Position numbers and translations under genes: made by a program | DNA from: an uncultured Acidimicrobiales bacterium | GTDB lineage: Bacteria > Actinomycetota > Acidimicrobiia > Acidimicrobiales > SZUA-35 | Assembly: GCA_963698395.1 (NCBI GenBank) | Contig: CAVOQQ010000001.1 | Coordinates: 2,284 to 66,283 of the forward strand | Reading direction: 5' to 3' | DNA: 64,000 nt | Shown here: piece after piece, positions 17,654-28,300 of the stretch | Layout of the letters: each line of letters begins with the position of its first letter | How positions within the stretch are numbered: the first letter of the stretch is position 1 | The notes under the pieces: model-generated | Databases searched by the model: none | Seen by the model: only the letters and a program-made list of their open reading frames with translations | Told to the model about the DNA's origin: nothing

Positions 17654-19105
17654 ATGGACATCACGTTGCGAAGTGCAGGCGAACAGGCGGCAGCGGTGGC
17701 AGCGACGACGATTTCGGCCTCGGAGCTTCTCGACGAAACGCTGGACCGATACGAGCGGTTCAACCCCGCCATCAACGCCGTCGTGTTCACCCAGATCGAG
17801 GCAGCCCGTCAGCGAGCGCTCGATGCCGACGAAACAACGGCTCGTGGCGAATCGTGGGGTCCTCTCCACGGCGTCCCGATGACGATCAAGGAGGCGTGGG
17901 ATTGGCTGGGCTCACCCTCGACGTCCGGTCATCCAGAGCTGGTCGACTGGCGTCCTGCGGGGAACTGCGAGCCGGTTCAGCGTCTCCTCGACGCTGGAGC
18001 GATCATCTACGGCAAGTCCAACCTGCCGGTGTCGATGGCCGACTGGCAGACCTTCAACCCGGTCTACGGAACGACCTCCAATCCCTGGAATCACGACCTC
18101 ACCCCAGGTGGCTCATCGGGAGGCGCCGCTGCGGGTGTCGCCGCAGGTTTGTCAGCGCTCGAGCTGGGAAGCGACATCGGTGCGTCCATTCGGAACCCGG
18201 CCCACTACTGCGGGATCTTCGGCCACAAGCCCACCTACGGATTGGTGCCCACGACGGGCCATGGCAGCCCGGGGAATCCGGCCGAGCTCGACATCGGCGT
18301 CGGCGGACCCTTGGCCCGCTACGCATCGGACCTGACGCTCGGACTCGATGTCGTTGCCGGCGCCAAAGGGCTCGAGGCAAGAGGATGGAAGCTGGACCTG
18401 CCTGCGCCGCGCAAGGATCATCCCGAGCAGTTGCGCGTCGCCGTCATGCTCGAGAGCCCCTGTGTCGTACAGGACAGCGAGCTGACCGACCAGCTGGCGG
18501 CGACGGTCGAGGCCCTGTCATCGCTCGGCGTGCAGGTCGACTACGACGCCCGACCAGACCTCGACATCGTCCGCAGCCATGAGGTCTACCTGATGTTGTT
18601 GCGAGCGACGACCGGTACGGAGTACCCACTCGAGGCCTACGAGGCGCAACTGCCCCACGCCGATCGATACCGCGCTGGCGACCGGGACTACCGAGCCGTC
18701 GTGGGAAAGGCGGTCACCCTCAGCCATTGGGAGTGGACTGCCTATCACCGCGAACGCGAAACCGAGCGCCTGGCATGGGATGCCTTCTTCGATGAGTACG
18801 ACCTGTTGCTGTGCCCGACGGCGGCTTCGGCGGCGTATCCCCACGATCACACCGGGGAGCGAGCCGACCGCACCATTCCGGTGAATGGTGGGCAGGAGTC
18901 GACCATCGACCAGTTGTTCTGGGCCGGATGGTCCTGCGGTGTCTACCTCCCGGGGACGGTTGCGCCTGCGGGACTCACGGCATCAGGCCTTCCCTGCGGC
19001 CTCCAGATCGTTGCCGGGCATCTGCGTGACCGCGAGTCGATCGCCTTTGCCGGGTTCATGGAACGCGAGCTCGGCGGTTACCGGGTTCCTCCGGGCTACG
19101 ACTGA
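17654..19105 (+). CDS. amidase (amidase-signature family)
   Basis: ORF 17594..19105 with start MDITLRS at 17654. AS motif GGSSGGAAAGVAAG...GSDIGASIRNPA is present. Confidence 0.9.
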   Translation: MDITLRSAGEQAAAVAATTISASELLDETLDRYERFNPAINAVVFTQIEAARQRALDADETTARGESWGPLHGVPMTIKEAWDWLGSPSTSGHPELVDWRPAGNCEPVQRLLDAGAIIYGKSNLPVSMADWQTFNPVYGTTSNPWNHDLTPGGSSGGAAAGVAAGLSALELGSDIGASIRNPAHYCGIFGHKPTYGLVPTTGHGSPGNPAELDIGVGGPLARYASDLTLGLDVVAGAKGLEARGWKLDLPAPRKDHPEQLRVAVMLESPCVVQDSELTDQLAATVEALSSLGVQVDYDARPDLDIVRSHEVYLMLLRATTGTEYPLEAYEAQLPHADRYRAGDRDYRAVVGKAVTLSHWEWTAYHRERETERLAWDAFFDEYDLLLCPTAASAAYPHDHTGERADRTIPVNGGQESTIDQLFWAGWSCGVYLPGTVAPAGLTASGLPCGLQIVAGHLRDRESIAFAGFMERELGGYRVPPGYD

Positions 19106-19425
19106 CGCCTGCCGTGTCGACATCGAGCTCCAGCGGGCCCGGACGCGACTGATCCAGTCGCGGGAGGAGGAACGACGTCGACTCCGCCACGGTCTCCACG
19201 ACGGACTCGGCCCCATCCTCACCGGTGTTGCGTTCTCTGCGGATGCGGCCGCGAATGTCGTTTCGACGGCTCCGCACGAGGCTGGCGAGCTCATCGCAAC
19301 GTCACGCCCGCGGTCGATGGGGTCCGGCGCATTGTCGAGGATCTCCGGTCGCCGGCCCTGGACGAAATCGGCAGGGCGCACGAGTTGGGCCGATCGGTGG
19401 GCCGGTGCATGACGCATCGTCGCTG
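19101..19425 (+). pseudogene. internal fragment of a NarL-type sensor histidine kinase (HisKA_3 region)
   Basis: DACRVDIELQRARTRLIQSREEERRRLRHGLHDGLGPILTGVAFSADAAAN. About 14 mismatches in ~205 aligned nt versus 55516-55720, then an indel and frameshift. There is no N-terminal sensor and no ATPase domain. Confidence 0.8.
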
Positions 19426-19451
19426 ATTCCGCGCGACTACGGTCCAACCTC

Positions 19452-20123
19452 ATGACCCAGGCATCGGATTCTCTGCCATCGGCCGACTCGGCGGCCTTGC
19501 GCGCTCTGGTGATCGAAGCGGTCGACACCGCAGCAGATCTCATGAGCCACCCTTCGGTTGCCACCAGGTGGGACGAGCCGTCTGCGCTCGAGGGCATGAC
19601 CGTCGGTGGCCTCGCGGCCCACCTGGTACGGGCCGCCGGGGCCACCTTGGCCTACCTCGACCGGACTCCGTCCGACGCCAAGCCCAAAGGTGACCTACTC
19701 ACACCGATCACCTACTTCCACGCTGCTATCGACTCGCCCATCCACGAAAGGATCAAGGACGTCTCGGCCAACGAATCGGCCATCGGTCACGAAGCCACGG
19801 CGACGAAGTGCCGGGACCTGGCCGACCAACTCCGGGAGCGGCTGGCCGACGAGCCTTCCGACCGCCTCGTCGCTGCCCTGGGTGGCCGTATGCTCACACT
19901 CGACGACTTCTGTCGCACCCGCCTCATCGAGGTCCTGCTCCACCTCGACGACCTCGCCGTCAGCGTCGGCGAGTCGCGACCGGAGACCGACCCCGAGGGC
20001 GTGGCCATCGTCGTCGACATCATCGAGGGCATCGCCCGGCATCTCCACGGCGACTGGGAGGTCCTCTACTCGCTCGCCCGTTCGGAGCGGGTCGGAGAAC
20101 GGCCCGTATTCCCTGTCTTCTGA
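19452..20123 (+). CDS. DinB-like / mycothiol-dependent maleylpyruvate-isomerase N-terminal domain protein
   Basis: 223 aa. The pattern ...WDEPSALEGMTVGGLAAHLV... and ...LIEVLLHLDDLAVS fits this actinobacterial family. Confidence 0.7.
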   Translation: MTQASDSLPSADSAALRALVIEAVDTAADLMSHPSVATRWDEPSALEGMTVGGLAAHLVRAAGATLAYLDRTPSDAKPKGDLLTPITYFHAAIDSPIHERIKDVSANESAIGHEATATKCRDLADQLRERLADEPSDRLVAALGGRMLTLDDFCRTRLIEVLLHLDDLAVSVGESRPETDPEGVAIVVDIIEGIARHLHGDWEVLYSLARSERVGERPVFPVF

Positions 20124-20124
20124 C

Positions 20125-20555
20125 CATGCGGCAGGTCGGGCATCAGCGACGAGCGATTCCACCTGCCCGGCGCTCGTCGCCGTTGCATCCATCATTGCCC
20201 GGTCCTCCACCGACGTCGCCAGCGCGACGGGCTCACACCGTTCCGAATCCACCCACTGCCCCAGCCCCCTGACACGGATGCCACAGCTGCGCTGCCGTCA
20301 CGCCGTTTACCAGACAGGCGACCACCGTGAGCGTCCCCGCCAACATCGTCTCGAGCGTCCGGGCTCGTGTCTCGGACCGCAAGGCCCGCCGACGGCGGGA
20401 TCCCCAGTCTGCGACCCGGGCGCCGAAACGCATCTCGGCCACGACGGCGAACGGAAGGACCCAGCCCGATTGGCCGAGGGTGTCGGCCCAACGAGAGCGG
20501 CGGGCCGAGATGCGTTTCGGCCGAGCCAGGCGCTGGCAATCATCGTGTCAACCAT
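20125..20555 (-). pseudogene. decayed PIN-domain toxin (vapC-like), at least 2 frameshifts
   Basis: MVDTMIASAWLGRNASRPAALV (ATG 20555), then LPFAVVAEMRFGARVADWGSRRRRAL in a second frame, then DRAMMDATATSAGQVESLVAD in a third. Confidence 0.55.
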
Positions 20556-20571
20556 GATGACCTGATGAGGT

Positions 20572-20812
20572 TCAGAGGTCAGCAAGGATCCCGAAGAACT
20601 CGTCTTCGTCTTCGTCGGTCAGGTCGTCGATGCCGAACCTCGACAAGTCGCCGATGGGTTTGGCGCGAGCGATGACCTCGGCGAGGGTGGGCTCAGCGGG
20701 CCCGGTAGGTGTCGGACTCGGTGTCGGACACGACTCCAATCGTACGTAGGAGTCACTGCGGTCGATAGGGCGGACGTCAGTGACGGCTGTCGGCCTCAGC
20801 TCGAGGGTCACG
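20572..20812 (-). CDS. putative antitoxin with acidic C-terminus (start uncertain)
   Basis: C-terminal part of ORF 20572..21168 beyond the hydrolase gene: ...AEPTLAEVIARAKPIGDLSRFGIDDLTDEDEDEFFGILADL. Possible GTG near 20812. Its stop lies 16 nt upstream of the vapC remnant. Confidence 0.4.
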
Positions 20813-20926
20813 GTTCGTGCGGATCGGCACGGTGGGAGAGCTTCACGAGGCGGGCGCCGAGCAGAGCTGCCATCACCTGAGCGCGATTGCGTCGCACGCA
20901 CTGTTCGGCTGAAGCGAAGCACTGGC

Positions 20927-21775
20927 TCAACTGGTGATGAACTCGCGAAGCAAGGCGAAGCCTCGCTCGGGGTAGTCGCGGTAGACGCCGTGTCCGCAGT
21001 CGTCGAATCGCTCGAAGCGAGTCCACTGAGCGGGAAGGGCAGCGGCGATCTCCTCCTGGTCCTCGATGGGGCAGACCGGATCCTGGGCGCCGCCGAGCAC
21101 GAGTGTCGGACAGCGCACCTTCGCGAGTCCTTCGCGCAGATCCATCGTGCGGACCTCTCCCGCTGCAAAGTGGAACATCACATCGAGAGCCCATCGGGTC
21201 CTGGCGGACGAGTCCGGGTCTGCCAGCTTTCCCGTGCGCGTGTACAGCGGAAAGGCCGAGTTCGCGTAGGGAGCGAGCGTCTCGGCGGAAGGGGATTCCC
21301 AGAAGTCGCGGGCGAGCGTCGCGACGTCCTTTCCGCCGAGCTCCTCGAAGCGGGCGACGACACCTTCGATGTCCTGCCGAGCAGAGGTCGAAGAGAAGAT
21401 GAGCTTCGCCGGATGGTCGGGATGCCGCTCCGCGTACGCCATGGCGACCATGCCACCGAAGGAGTTGCCCATGACGATCGGCTTCTCGATGCCGAGCACA
21501 TCGCACAGTGAGCGCACGTCGTCCGCCCACTGCGAGAGCGTCCAGCGTGTGGGGTCACTCCTGTCGCTGCGTCCCTGGCCCCGTTGATCGAGGTAGACGA
21601 TCTGCGCCACATCGCGCAGCGCCTCGAAATCCGGCTTGTAGCTCGAGTGATCGAAGCCCGGACCGCCATGCAGCAGGATCAGCGTGGGCTTCTCGCGCAT
21701 CTCGGGGCCGTCCGGCATCAACTTCGCGCCGTCCACGTCGAAGAAGAGCCGGCATCCGTTGACCTGTGCGTACAT
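20927..21775 (-). CDS. alpha/beta hydrolase (proline-iminopeptidase-like)
   Basis: 282 aa with LLHGGPG, GNSFGG elbow and C-terminal DCGHG. Confidence 0.9.
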   Translation of the reverse strand: MYAQVNGCRLFFDVDGAKLMPDGPEMREKPTLILLHGGPGFDHSSYKPDFEALRDVAQIVYLDQRGQGRSDRSDPTRWTLSQWADDVRSLCDVLGIEKPIVMGNSFGGMVAMAYAERHPDHPAKLIFSSTSARQDIEGVVARFEELGGKDVATLARDFWESPSAETLAPYANSAFPLYTRTGKLADPDSSARTRWALDVMFHFAAGEVRTMDLREGLAKVRCPTLVLGGAQDPVCPIEDQEEIAAALPAQWTRFERFDDCGHGVYRDYPERGFALLREFITS

Positions 21776-22007
21776 CGGGTTCCTCCAGTAGCCGGGTCGA
21801 GTGTGACGCTGGAGCGTAACGGTGCGGGCCGGATCGCTACCTGCCTCGGCCTCTCAGGCGTGATGCTCCCGCAGGTCGCCGACGCGCGTCAGCGGCAGAT
21901 ATCCCACCGCGATCGAGACGGCGAGGGCGGAGAACAGTACGCAGTAGGCGCCGTTGCGATCGAAGCCGGACGCCAGCAGCAAGACGACGAAGAAGACGCC
22001 GTCAGCG

Positions 22008-22179
22008 AAGCCCGCGCTCCCCTTGCCTCGGCGATCCACTTGCCGACGATTGTCGGGTCGGTGCCTGCTTCGAGACTGGGGCGGTACTTGGCCAGTTTGT
22101 CGTCGCATTCGGTCAGCTTCGTCTGGGCAGCGATGCGGGGACTGGCATCGGTGCAACCGGATCCGTAGCGTTCTGGCCC
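22008..22179 (-). pseudogene. fragment of a large serine recombinase (C-terminal coiled-coil region)
   Basis: Inside ORF 21889..22431: RIAAQTKLTECDDKLAKYRPSLEAGTDPTIVGKWIAEARG resembles the recombinase motif ...L.ecd.kLaryr.alEaG.dp..v..W. No catalytic domain is present. Confidence 0.45.
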
Positions 22180-22339
22180 CGAGAAAACCGGTTCCGCCTG
22201 GCAGTGCCACCGAGGCACGTCCTGCTGCTGCTGGCGCCGGCCGCCTACGGACTGGCTGTTCTCGAATCGGACGGTCGGGTACGTTATCAAGGGCCGCAAC
22301 GACGTGGCCTTGAGGCGAGCCGATCGGAAGGAAAGGCAC

Positions 22340-23506
22340 ATGCCAGATGGAAGTGAGCGAGCGCTTGATCGCGACGACGAGATGTCGGTGAAGTCGGTCA
22401 TGGATGAGTATCTGGAAGAGGGTCGACGCAAGGCCTACGCCCTCGGAAACCGCGGGCCCATCCGGTTCGACGAGACGGGTCAGGTTCATCCGGACATTCT
22501 CGAGGCCTACGGGCGTTGCGGGTTCTATGTGTTCGAAGGCGTCCTCGGCCCCGAGGAACTGGCCGACATCGAACGCGACGTCCTTGACATCTTGGATCGG
22601 GTGCCGGCGGCTCGCGGGAGCGAAGTCGATGCTCACGGTCGTCCGGCGATCACTGCCGGTCTGAAGGCTCCGAGCGTGTATTTCGCGAAGCCGCTGTCGG
22701 ACCCGAGCGGTGGAACGAAAGCAGCGAACGGGCGTCACCCGGTGAAGATGCATGAGCCGACGCCGGCCGACGATGCGCCCGACGAGGTCGTGTATCTCAT
22801 GCTCGGCTCGCTGCAGCATTCCGAGGCCTGCCTCCGGGTGTATGGGCATCCCGATTTGCTGGCGGTGGCAGCAGCGGTCAACGGTGAGGACTTTGCGCCG
22901 TTCAACGAGGCCCTGTTCTTCAAGGAGCCGGGGCTCGGGGCGTCGGTGGCTTGGCATCGCGACGGCGTGACCCATTGGGATCGTGATGATTGGGATGAGG
23001 GGATTCACGGTTTCAACTTCATGGCCCAGCTCTACGGCTCTACGCCAGCCAATGGGGTGTGGGTCGTGCCCGGTTCGCACAAAGATCGCCACGCTGACAT
23101 CGCAGCGATGGTTGCTGCTGCCGGGTCGGAGCGGATTGTCGACGCGGTACCGATCGTGTGCGCCCCGGGTGATGTGGCGATCACCAATCGTCAGGCGGTC
23201 CACGGCTCGTTTGCGAACACCAGCCCGGATTGGCGGGTCACGGTCAACTTCGGTTTCCACCCGAGGGCTTCGGTGCTCGACGTCGAGGCCGGTGGCGTCC
23301 ACAATGCCAAAGCGGTGTACGACGCCGATCGCATCCGCCGTCGGGCACGACTCATCGGTTACGGGATCGATGCCCGTCGTCAGCGCTTTCCGGATGAGAC
23401 CCCGTTCGCGTATCGGCCGCATCTCGATGAAGGTCTGCACTACACCTGGGATGACTCGGCGCGTGCCGATGTTCGGGACTACAACCTCGAAGATCTGAGC
23501 ATCTGA
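22340..23506 (+). CDS. phytanoyl-CoA dioxygenase (PhyH) family Fe(II)/2-oxoglutarate oxygenase
   Basis: ORF 22304..23506. The ATG at 22340 follows GGAAGGAAAGG. Motifs ...VAWHRDG... and ...AVHGS... are present. Confidence 0.8.
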   Translation: MPDGSERALDRDDEMSVKSVMDEYLEEGRRKAYALGNRGPIRFDETGQVHPDILEAYGRCGFYVFEGVLGPEELADIERDVLDILDRVPAARGSEVDAHGRPAITAGLKAPSVYFAKPLSDPSGGTKAANGRHPVKMHEPTPADDAPDEVVYLMLGSLQHSEACLRVYGHPDLLAVAAAVNGEDFAPFNEALFFKEPGLGASVAWHRDGVTHWDRDDWDEGIHGFNFMAQLYGSTPANGVWVVPGSHKDRHADIAAMVAAAGSERIVDAVPIVCAPGDVAITNRQAVHGSFANTSPDWRVTVNFGFHPRASVLDVEAGGVHNAKAVYDADRIRRRARLIGYGIDARRQRFPDETPFAYRPHLDEGLHYTWDDSARADVRDYNLEDLSI

Positions 23507-23713
23507 ACGGGGACGAGCTGCTCGTCTCACGACGGCGGGAGCGCCGGCCGATGCCTCTTGCCATCGACACAGATCCAAAGATCCCGAACCGGCAGAGATG
23601 CCTGTCGCGGTTGCGGCCTCGTGACGACGAGAAGCGTAAGGTGAGGCGGCCAATCGCCTCTGGTAGTTGGTAGGTGCTTGCCGGTGTGGCAAGTTCGATG
23701 ATCGGGGAGATTG

Positions 23714-25261
23714 ATGAACGGAGCAGAGGCACTCGTCGGGACTCTTGCGGATGCAGGTGTTGACACTTGCTTCGCAAATCCCGGTACGTCCGAGATGCAG
23801 CTGGTCGCTGCGATCGACAAGCAGCCAGAAATGCGTTCCATTTTGGGTCTGTTCGAAGGAGTTGTGACCGGTGCAGCCGATGGCTATGGCCGCATGGCGG
23901 ACAAGCCTGCGATCACGTTGCTTCATCTGGGGCCGGGGCTGGCGAACGGAATCGCGAATCTGCACAACGCGAAGCGTGCAGGATCGCCGGTCATCAATCT
24001 CGTGGGCGATCACGCCACCTACCATCTGCAATACGATTCGCCGCTGACCAGCGATCTTTTGGGTGTGGCGCGGCCAATGTCAGATTGGCTGAAGGTCTCC
24101 AAATCGGAACGCGACCTGGCGCAGGTTGGCGCTGAAGCGTTCTTGGCCTCCAGTAGCTATCCGGGGAAGATCGCTACGGTCGTCGTTCCTGCCAATCATG
24201 CATGGGACGAAGGCAGCGCGGTTGTTTCGGTTGGGCCGGTACCAGCGGCACAAGCCGTTCCGGCGCAGGCCGTAAGCGATGCTGCGGCAACATTGCGCGA
24301 TGCAGAGGGACCGGTCGCTGTCTTTCTTGGCGGGCGTGCATTACGCGAAGGAGCATTGCAGCAGGCCGGCCGAATCGCTTCAAAGACCGGCGCACGGCTG
24401 CTCTGCGAGACCTTTCCTGCACGATTGCAGCGCGGAGCGGGGCGCGTGCCCGTTGAACGCTTGCCCTACTTTGGGGAACAAGCAGAGGAGTATTTGCAGG
24501 ATTTCAAATCCATTGTTTTCTGCGGCTGTGAACCTCCGGTTTCCTTCTTTGCCTATCCCGGCAGGCCGAGCTGGCTCTCTCCCCAGGGTGCAACGCTCAT
24601 CCGCCTTGCTTCGAAAGAAGAAGAACCAGAAGTCGCGTTGAAGGCGGTTGCCGACGCGCTCGATGCTCCGGCAGAGCCCACGTTGGTGCAGGAACCGACC
24701 ATCCCCGCCGAACCTGAGGGCAAGCTCAAGCCGTGGAAGATCGGCGCCATTCTGGCGGCGTCGATGCCGGATCAGGCTGTTGTTGTCGACGAAGGTGCCA
24801 CATCCGGGTTGTCGATCTACCAAGCTACCGAGGGCGCCAATCAGCACGAATGGTTGACGGTTACCGGCGGCTCGATCGGCATGGGATTGCCGCTTGCAAC
24901 GGGCGCTGCGGTGGCGTGCCCTGATCGCAAGGTCATCGCGCTGCAGGCCGATGGTGGCGGGATGTATACCTGTCAAGCCTTGTGGACGATGGCGCGGGAG
25001 AACCTCGATGTGACGGTGATCCTGCTGAACAACGGCAGCTATGCGATCCTCAATATCGAGCTCGCGCGCGTCGGGGTCCAAAACCCTGGACCGAAGGCAC
25101 TAGCGATGCTCGATTTGCGCAATCCTGCGCTCGACTGGGTATCCATCGCCAAAGGCATGGGCGTTCCCGCCCAAAAGGCCACGACCGCAGAAGAATTCAG
25201 TGTGGTACTGGAAGATGCCTTGGCGCACAAGGGCCCGCGACTGATCGAGGCAATGCTCTAG
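23714..25261 (+). CDS. thiamine-diphosphate-dependent enzyme (acetolactate-synthase large-subunit-like)
   Basis: ATG at 23714 after GGGGAGA. N-terminal MNGAEALVGTLADAGVDTCFANPG is present. ThDP motif GGSIGMGLPLATGAAVA...ALQADGGGMYT...NNGSYAIL is present. GC and GC3 are visibly lower than the neighbours. Confidence 0.9.
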   Translation: MNGAEALVGTLADAGVDTCFANPGTSEMQLVAAIDKQPEMRSILGLFEGVVTGAADGYGRMADKPAITLLHLGPGLANGIANLHNAKRAGSPVINLVGDHATYHLQYDSPLTSDLLGVARPMSDWLKVSKSERDLAQVGAEAFLASSSYPGKIATVVVPANHAWDEGSAVVSVGPVPAAQAVPAQAVSDAAATLRDAEGPVAVFLGGRALREGALQQAGRIASKTGARLLCETFPARLQRGAGRVPVERLPYFGEQAEEYLQDFKSIVFCGCEPPVSFFAYPGRPSWLSPQGATLIRLASKEEEPEVALKAVADALDAPAEPTLVQEPTIPAEPEGKLKPWKIGAILAASMPDQAVVVDEGATSGLSIYQATEGANQHEWLTVTGGSIGMGLPLATGAAVACPDRKVIALQADGGGMYTCQALWTMARENLDVTVILLNNGSYAILNIELARVGVQNPGPKALAMLDLRNPALDWVSIAKGMGVPAQKATTAEEFSVVLEDALAHKGPRLIEAML

Positions 25262-25380
25262 ACGGCGTCACTGGGACCGGGATCAATCGGGGGAGCGTCA
25301 GAGTCTGCTCCAAATGAGGCTGTGTAAGGGCGCTTCGCATCCAAGCGAGTTCCGTCAGTGTGTTGTGTACGAGCCAGCTG

Positions 25381-28300
25381 TCACGTCGCTGGTGTGACGC
25401 TCACGTCGGTTGTCTCGTCGTTGCTGGGCAGGGCATCGAGGGCTTGGCCAAGTTGTTGACGGAATTCGGCGATGCGATGCAGCTTCAGACTCTCGTAGCC
25501 GCGGACCTGATCCGGTAGCTCTGCGATATGGACCCCAAGTTCGTAGGAATCGCGGTCGAGCACGTGGTACACGCGTTCCATTGCGTCGAGGTACTCTCGG
25601 GGCAAATCTCGTTCCAGGCGACGCAGCTTGGTTCGGCCGAATGGATCGAGCCCGGTTCCACGCACCCGCTTTCCTGCACGCAGAGCGATGAATAGGGGTG
25701 ACGTGCGTGGCCCAAACGACATCTTGTTCGACCGGCCGAGCGCTTTGAGCATGGGTGGGTGGAGCTGCCACGTGATCTTCGCCCCGTGCCCGCCAACGTC
25801 CGCAGCCGCGACGTGCGCCTCGGGGAGCAGCATCAGCCGGGCGACCTCGTATTCGTCTTTGTAAGCCATCAGTTTGTGCAGGTTTCTGGCGACTGCCTCG
25901 GTGAGTCGTGACGATGTCGGGTCGAGACCGCCTTCCGCAGTGGCCGCGGCCTCGACGGCGTCGAGGAACTCCTGGGCGTACCCCTCGTCCTGGTAGTCGA
26001 GCAGGTCGGCGGCGAGCATCTGCAGGGTAGGCATGAGGTCGGGACTGGTCGTCAGGAGCGCAAGCCGAGAGGTGAGTTTCGTCGGGAGTTCGGGGACCGT
26101 CACTACCATCGTGGAATCGACGGTGCTGGTGGTGTCGTGCACGATCGGCAGCTGCCCGGCCAGCGTGTCGTGTTGCCAGCAGCGGCCACCATCGAAGGCG
26201 GTCAAGTTGGCGTTGACCGCGACTCCGTTGAGCTCGATTGCATGCTTGATGGCCTCTGCAGACACCGGTATGTTGCCGGTTTGGAAGGCGACGCCGAGCA
26301 ACAACAGGTTCGCGTGTGCTGCGCTGCCTGTGAGTTGTTCTGCGGTCGCGCTCGCATCGAGCCGGCTCATGGCACCATCGATTGATGCAGCGTCGAGCCG
26401 TTCGAATATTGCGTTCTGGGGGTAGTCCAGTTCGGGATGGCTGATCATGCGACCGGTCGGGGTGGAGCTGGTCGACACGACGATTCCGGTTCGGGTGGGG
26501 TGGGCGGCGAGTAGTGATGAGTCACTTGCCGCGACCAGCGCATCGAAGCCGATGATGAGGTCGGCTTGCCCGGTGCCGATGACGTTCGAGCAACCACTGC
26601 TGATGCGGGTGAGGATGACATCGCTCACCACCGGGCCTGCCTTCTGACTCAACCCGGTCTGATCGAGCCCCCGAACCTCCCATCCGTCGAGCATGGCGGC
26701 AGTCGCGAGGATCTGTGCGACGGTGACGACACCGGTGCCTCCGATTCCGGCCATTCGAATACGCACCGTCTCGGCGGTGTCGAAACGGCAGATGGGGTCC
26801 GGAATCGTTGCTGATGGGTGTGTCGGTCGAGCGCTTGTCGCCTCAGGAGTCAGCGGTACTTCGACCACCATGAACGCCGGGCAATCCCCCTTGACGCAGC
26901 TGTAGTCGAGATTGCAGGACGCTTGATCGATGGATGTCTTGCGGCCGAGCGGCGTGTGGACCGGTTGAACCGAGAGACAGTTGCTGACGTCGCCGCAGTC
27001 GCCACACCCCTCGCAGATTCGGTGATTGATGACGATCCGTTTCGGCGGCGTGTCGAGCCGGTTCCGCTTGCGGGAGCGGCGAAGTTCGGCAGCGCAATAC
27101 TGGTCGTGTATCAGCACGGTTACACCGGGTACCGCTCGAAGCGCAGCCTGTACGGCCACGATGTCATCGCGGTCGTGGACCTTCACCCCTGCCGGCAGCG
27201 CGAGCCGTCGGTAGCGTTCGGGGTCCTCGGTCGTCACCGCAACCCGAGCGACACCTTGGGACAGCAGGATCGTTGCCAGCTCCGGCACACCAACCGCTGC
27301 CGTGGAATCCTGACCACCGGTCATCGCGACGGTGCCGTTGTACAGGATCTTGAACGTGATGTTGACACCCGCACCGATGCAGTATTGGAGAGCCAGTTGG
27401 CCGGAGTGGAAGAAGGTGCCGTCGCCATAGTTCTGGAACAGATGGTTCTCAGAGACGAACGGGTCCATCCCGATCCACTGGGCGCCCTCGTTACCCATCG
27501 CAGTGATCCCGATCGTCTCTCCGACTCGTTCCTCGTCCATGAGCAGTGTCATGCCGTGGCAACCGGTGCCGGCACCAACGAGTGCGCCGTCGGGAACCTT
27601 TGTGCCCCAGTTGTGGGGGCATCCCGAACAGAAGAATGGTGTTCGCTCAATCGTGAGCGGGATGAGTTCGCGCTTTCGTGGTTGCGCTTCTGCGGGACGA
27701 AGCCGATCGACAAGGCGAGGCTCCAGCCGAGCTCGGAGGCCGTCGACGATCGCGTCGGCGTCGAGTTGCCCCCACGCTCGCATGAGGACTTGGCCGTCCT
27801 CGTGGGTCTTCCCGACGACGCGTGGCTGGTCGGATCCACCGTAGAGTGCATCCTTGATCAGCCATTCCAAGGTCGGGTTCTTCTCCTCCACCACGACGAT
27901 CTCGTCGAGACCTGAGGCGAATTCACGGACCAGGTCTGCGTCGAACGGTACGGGCATTCGCAGCTGCAGGAGGCGGATTCCGGCCGACTTGATCTGCGCT
28001 TCGTTCTCGAGGCCGAGGCGTCGCAGGGCCTCGAGCATCTCGTGATACGTGAAGCCGGTCGCGACCAGCCCGATCCATGCGCGGCTCGGACTCACCGTGA
28101 TCCGGTTGAGATCGTTGTCGATTCCGTACCGCATCGCGAGCGGCAGTCGAATCTCACGGAATTCGCGTTCGACCTCCAGCATCCGCGCCGCACCGAGGAA
28201 CTTCGCCGACGGCGTCCTGACCCATGGTCTCCCATCGACGTCGATCGTCGACATCACCGGCAACCCATCGGCGAGTCCAGGAAGGTCGACAGTGGCTGAA

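Noticed and set aside
21854-24031. 725-aa ORF on the minus strand
   Set aside because: It is antisense to the well-supported PhyH gene and the start of the ThDP gene. Its product is Arg/Pro/His-rich with no recognisable motif. Long shadow ORFs are expected at this GC content. Only its last ~50 codons (a hydrophobic peptide) might be real.
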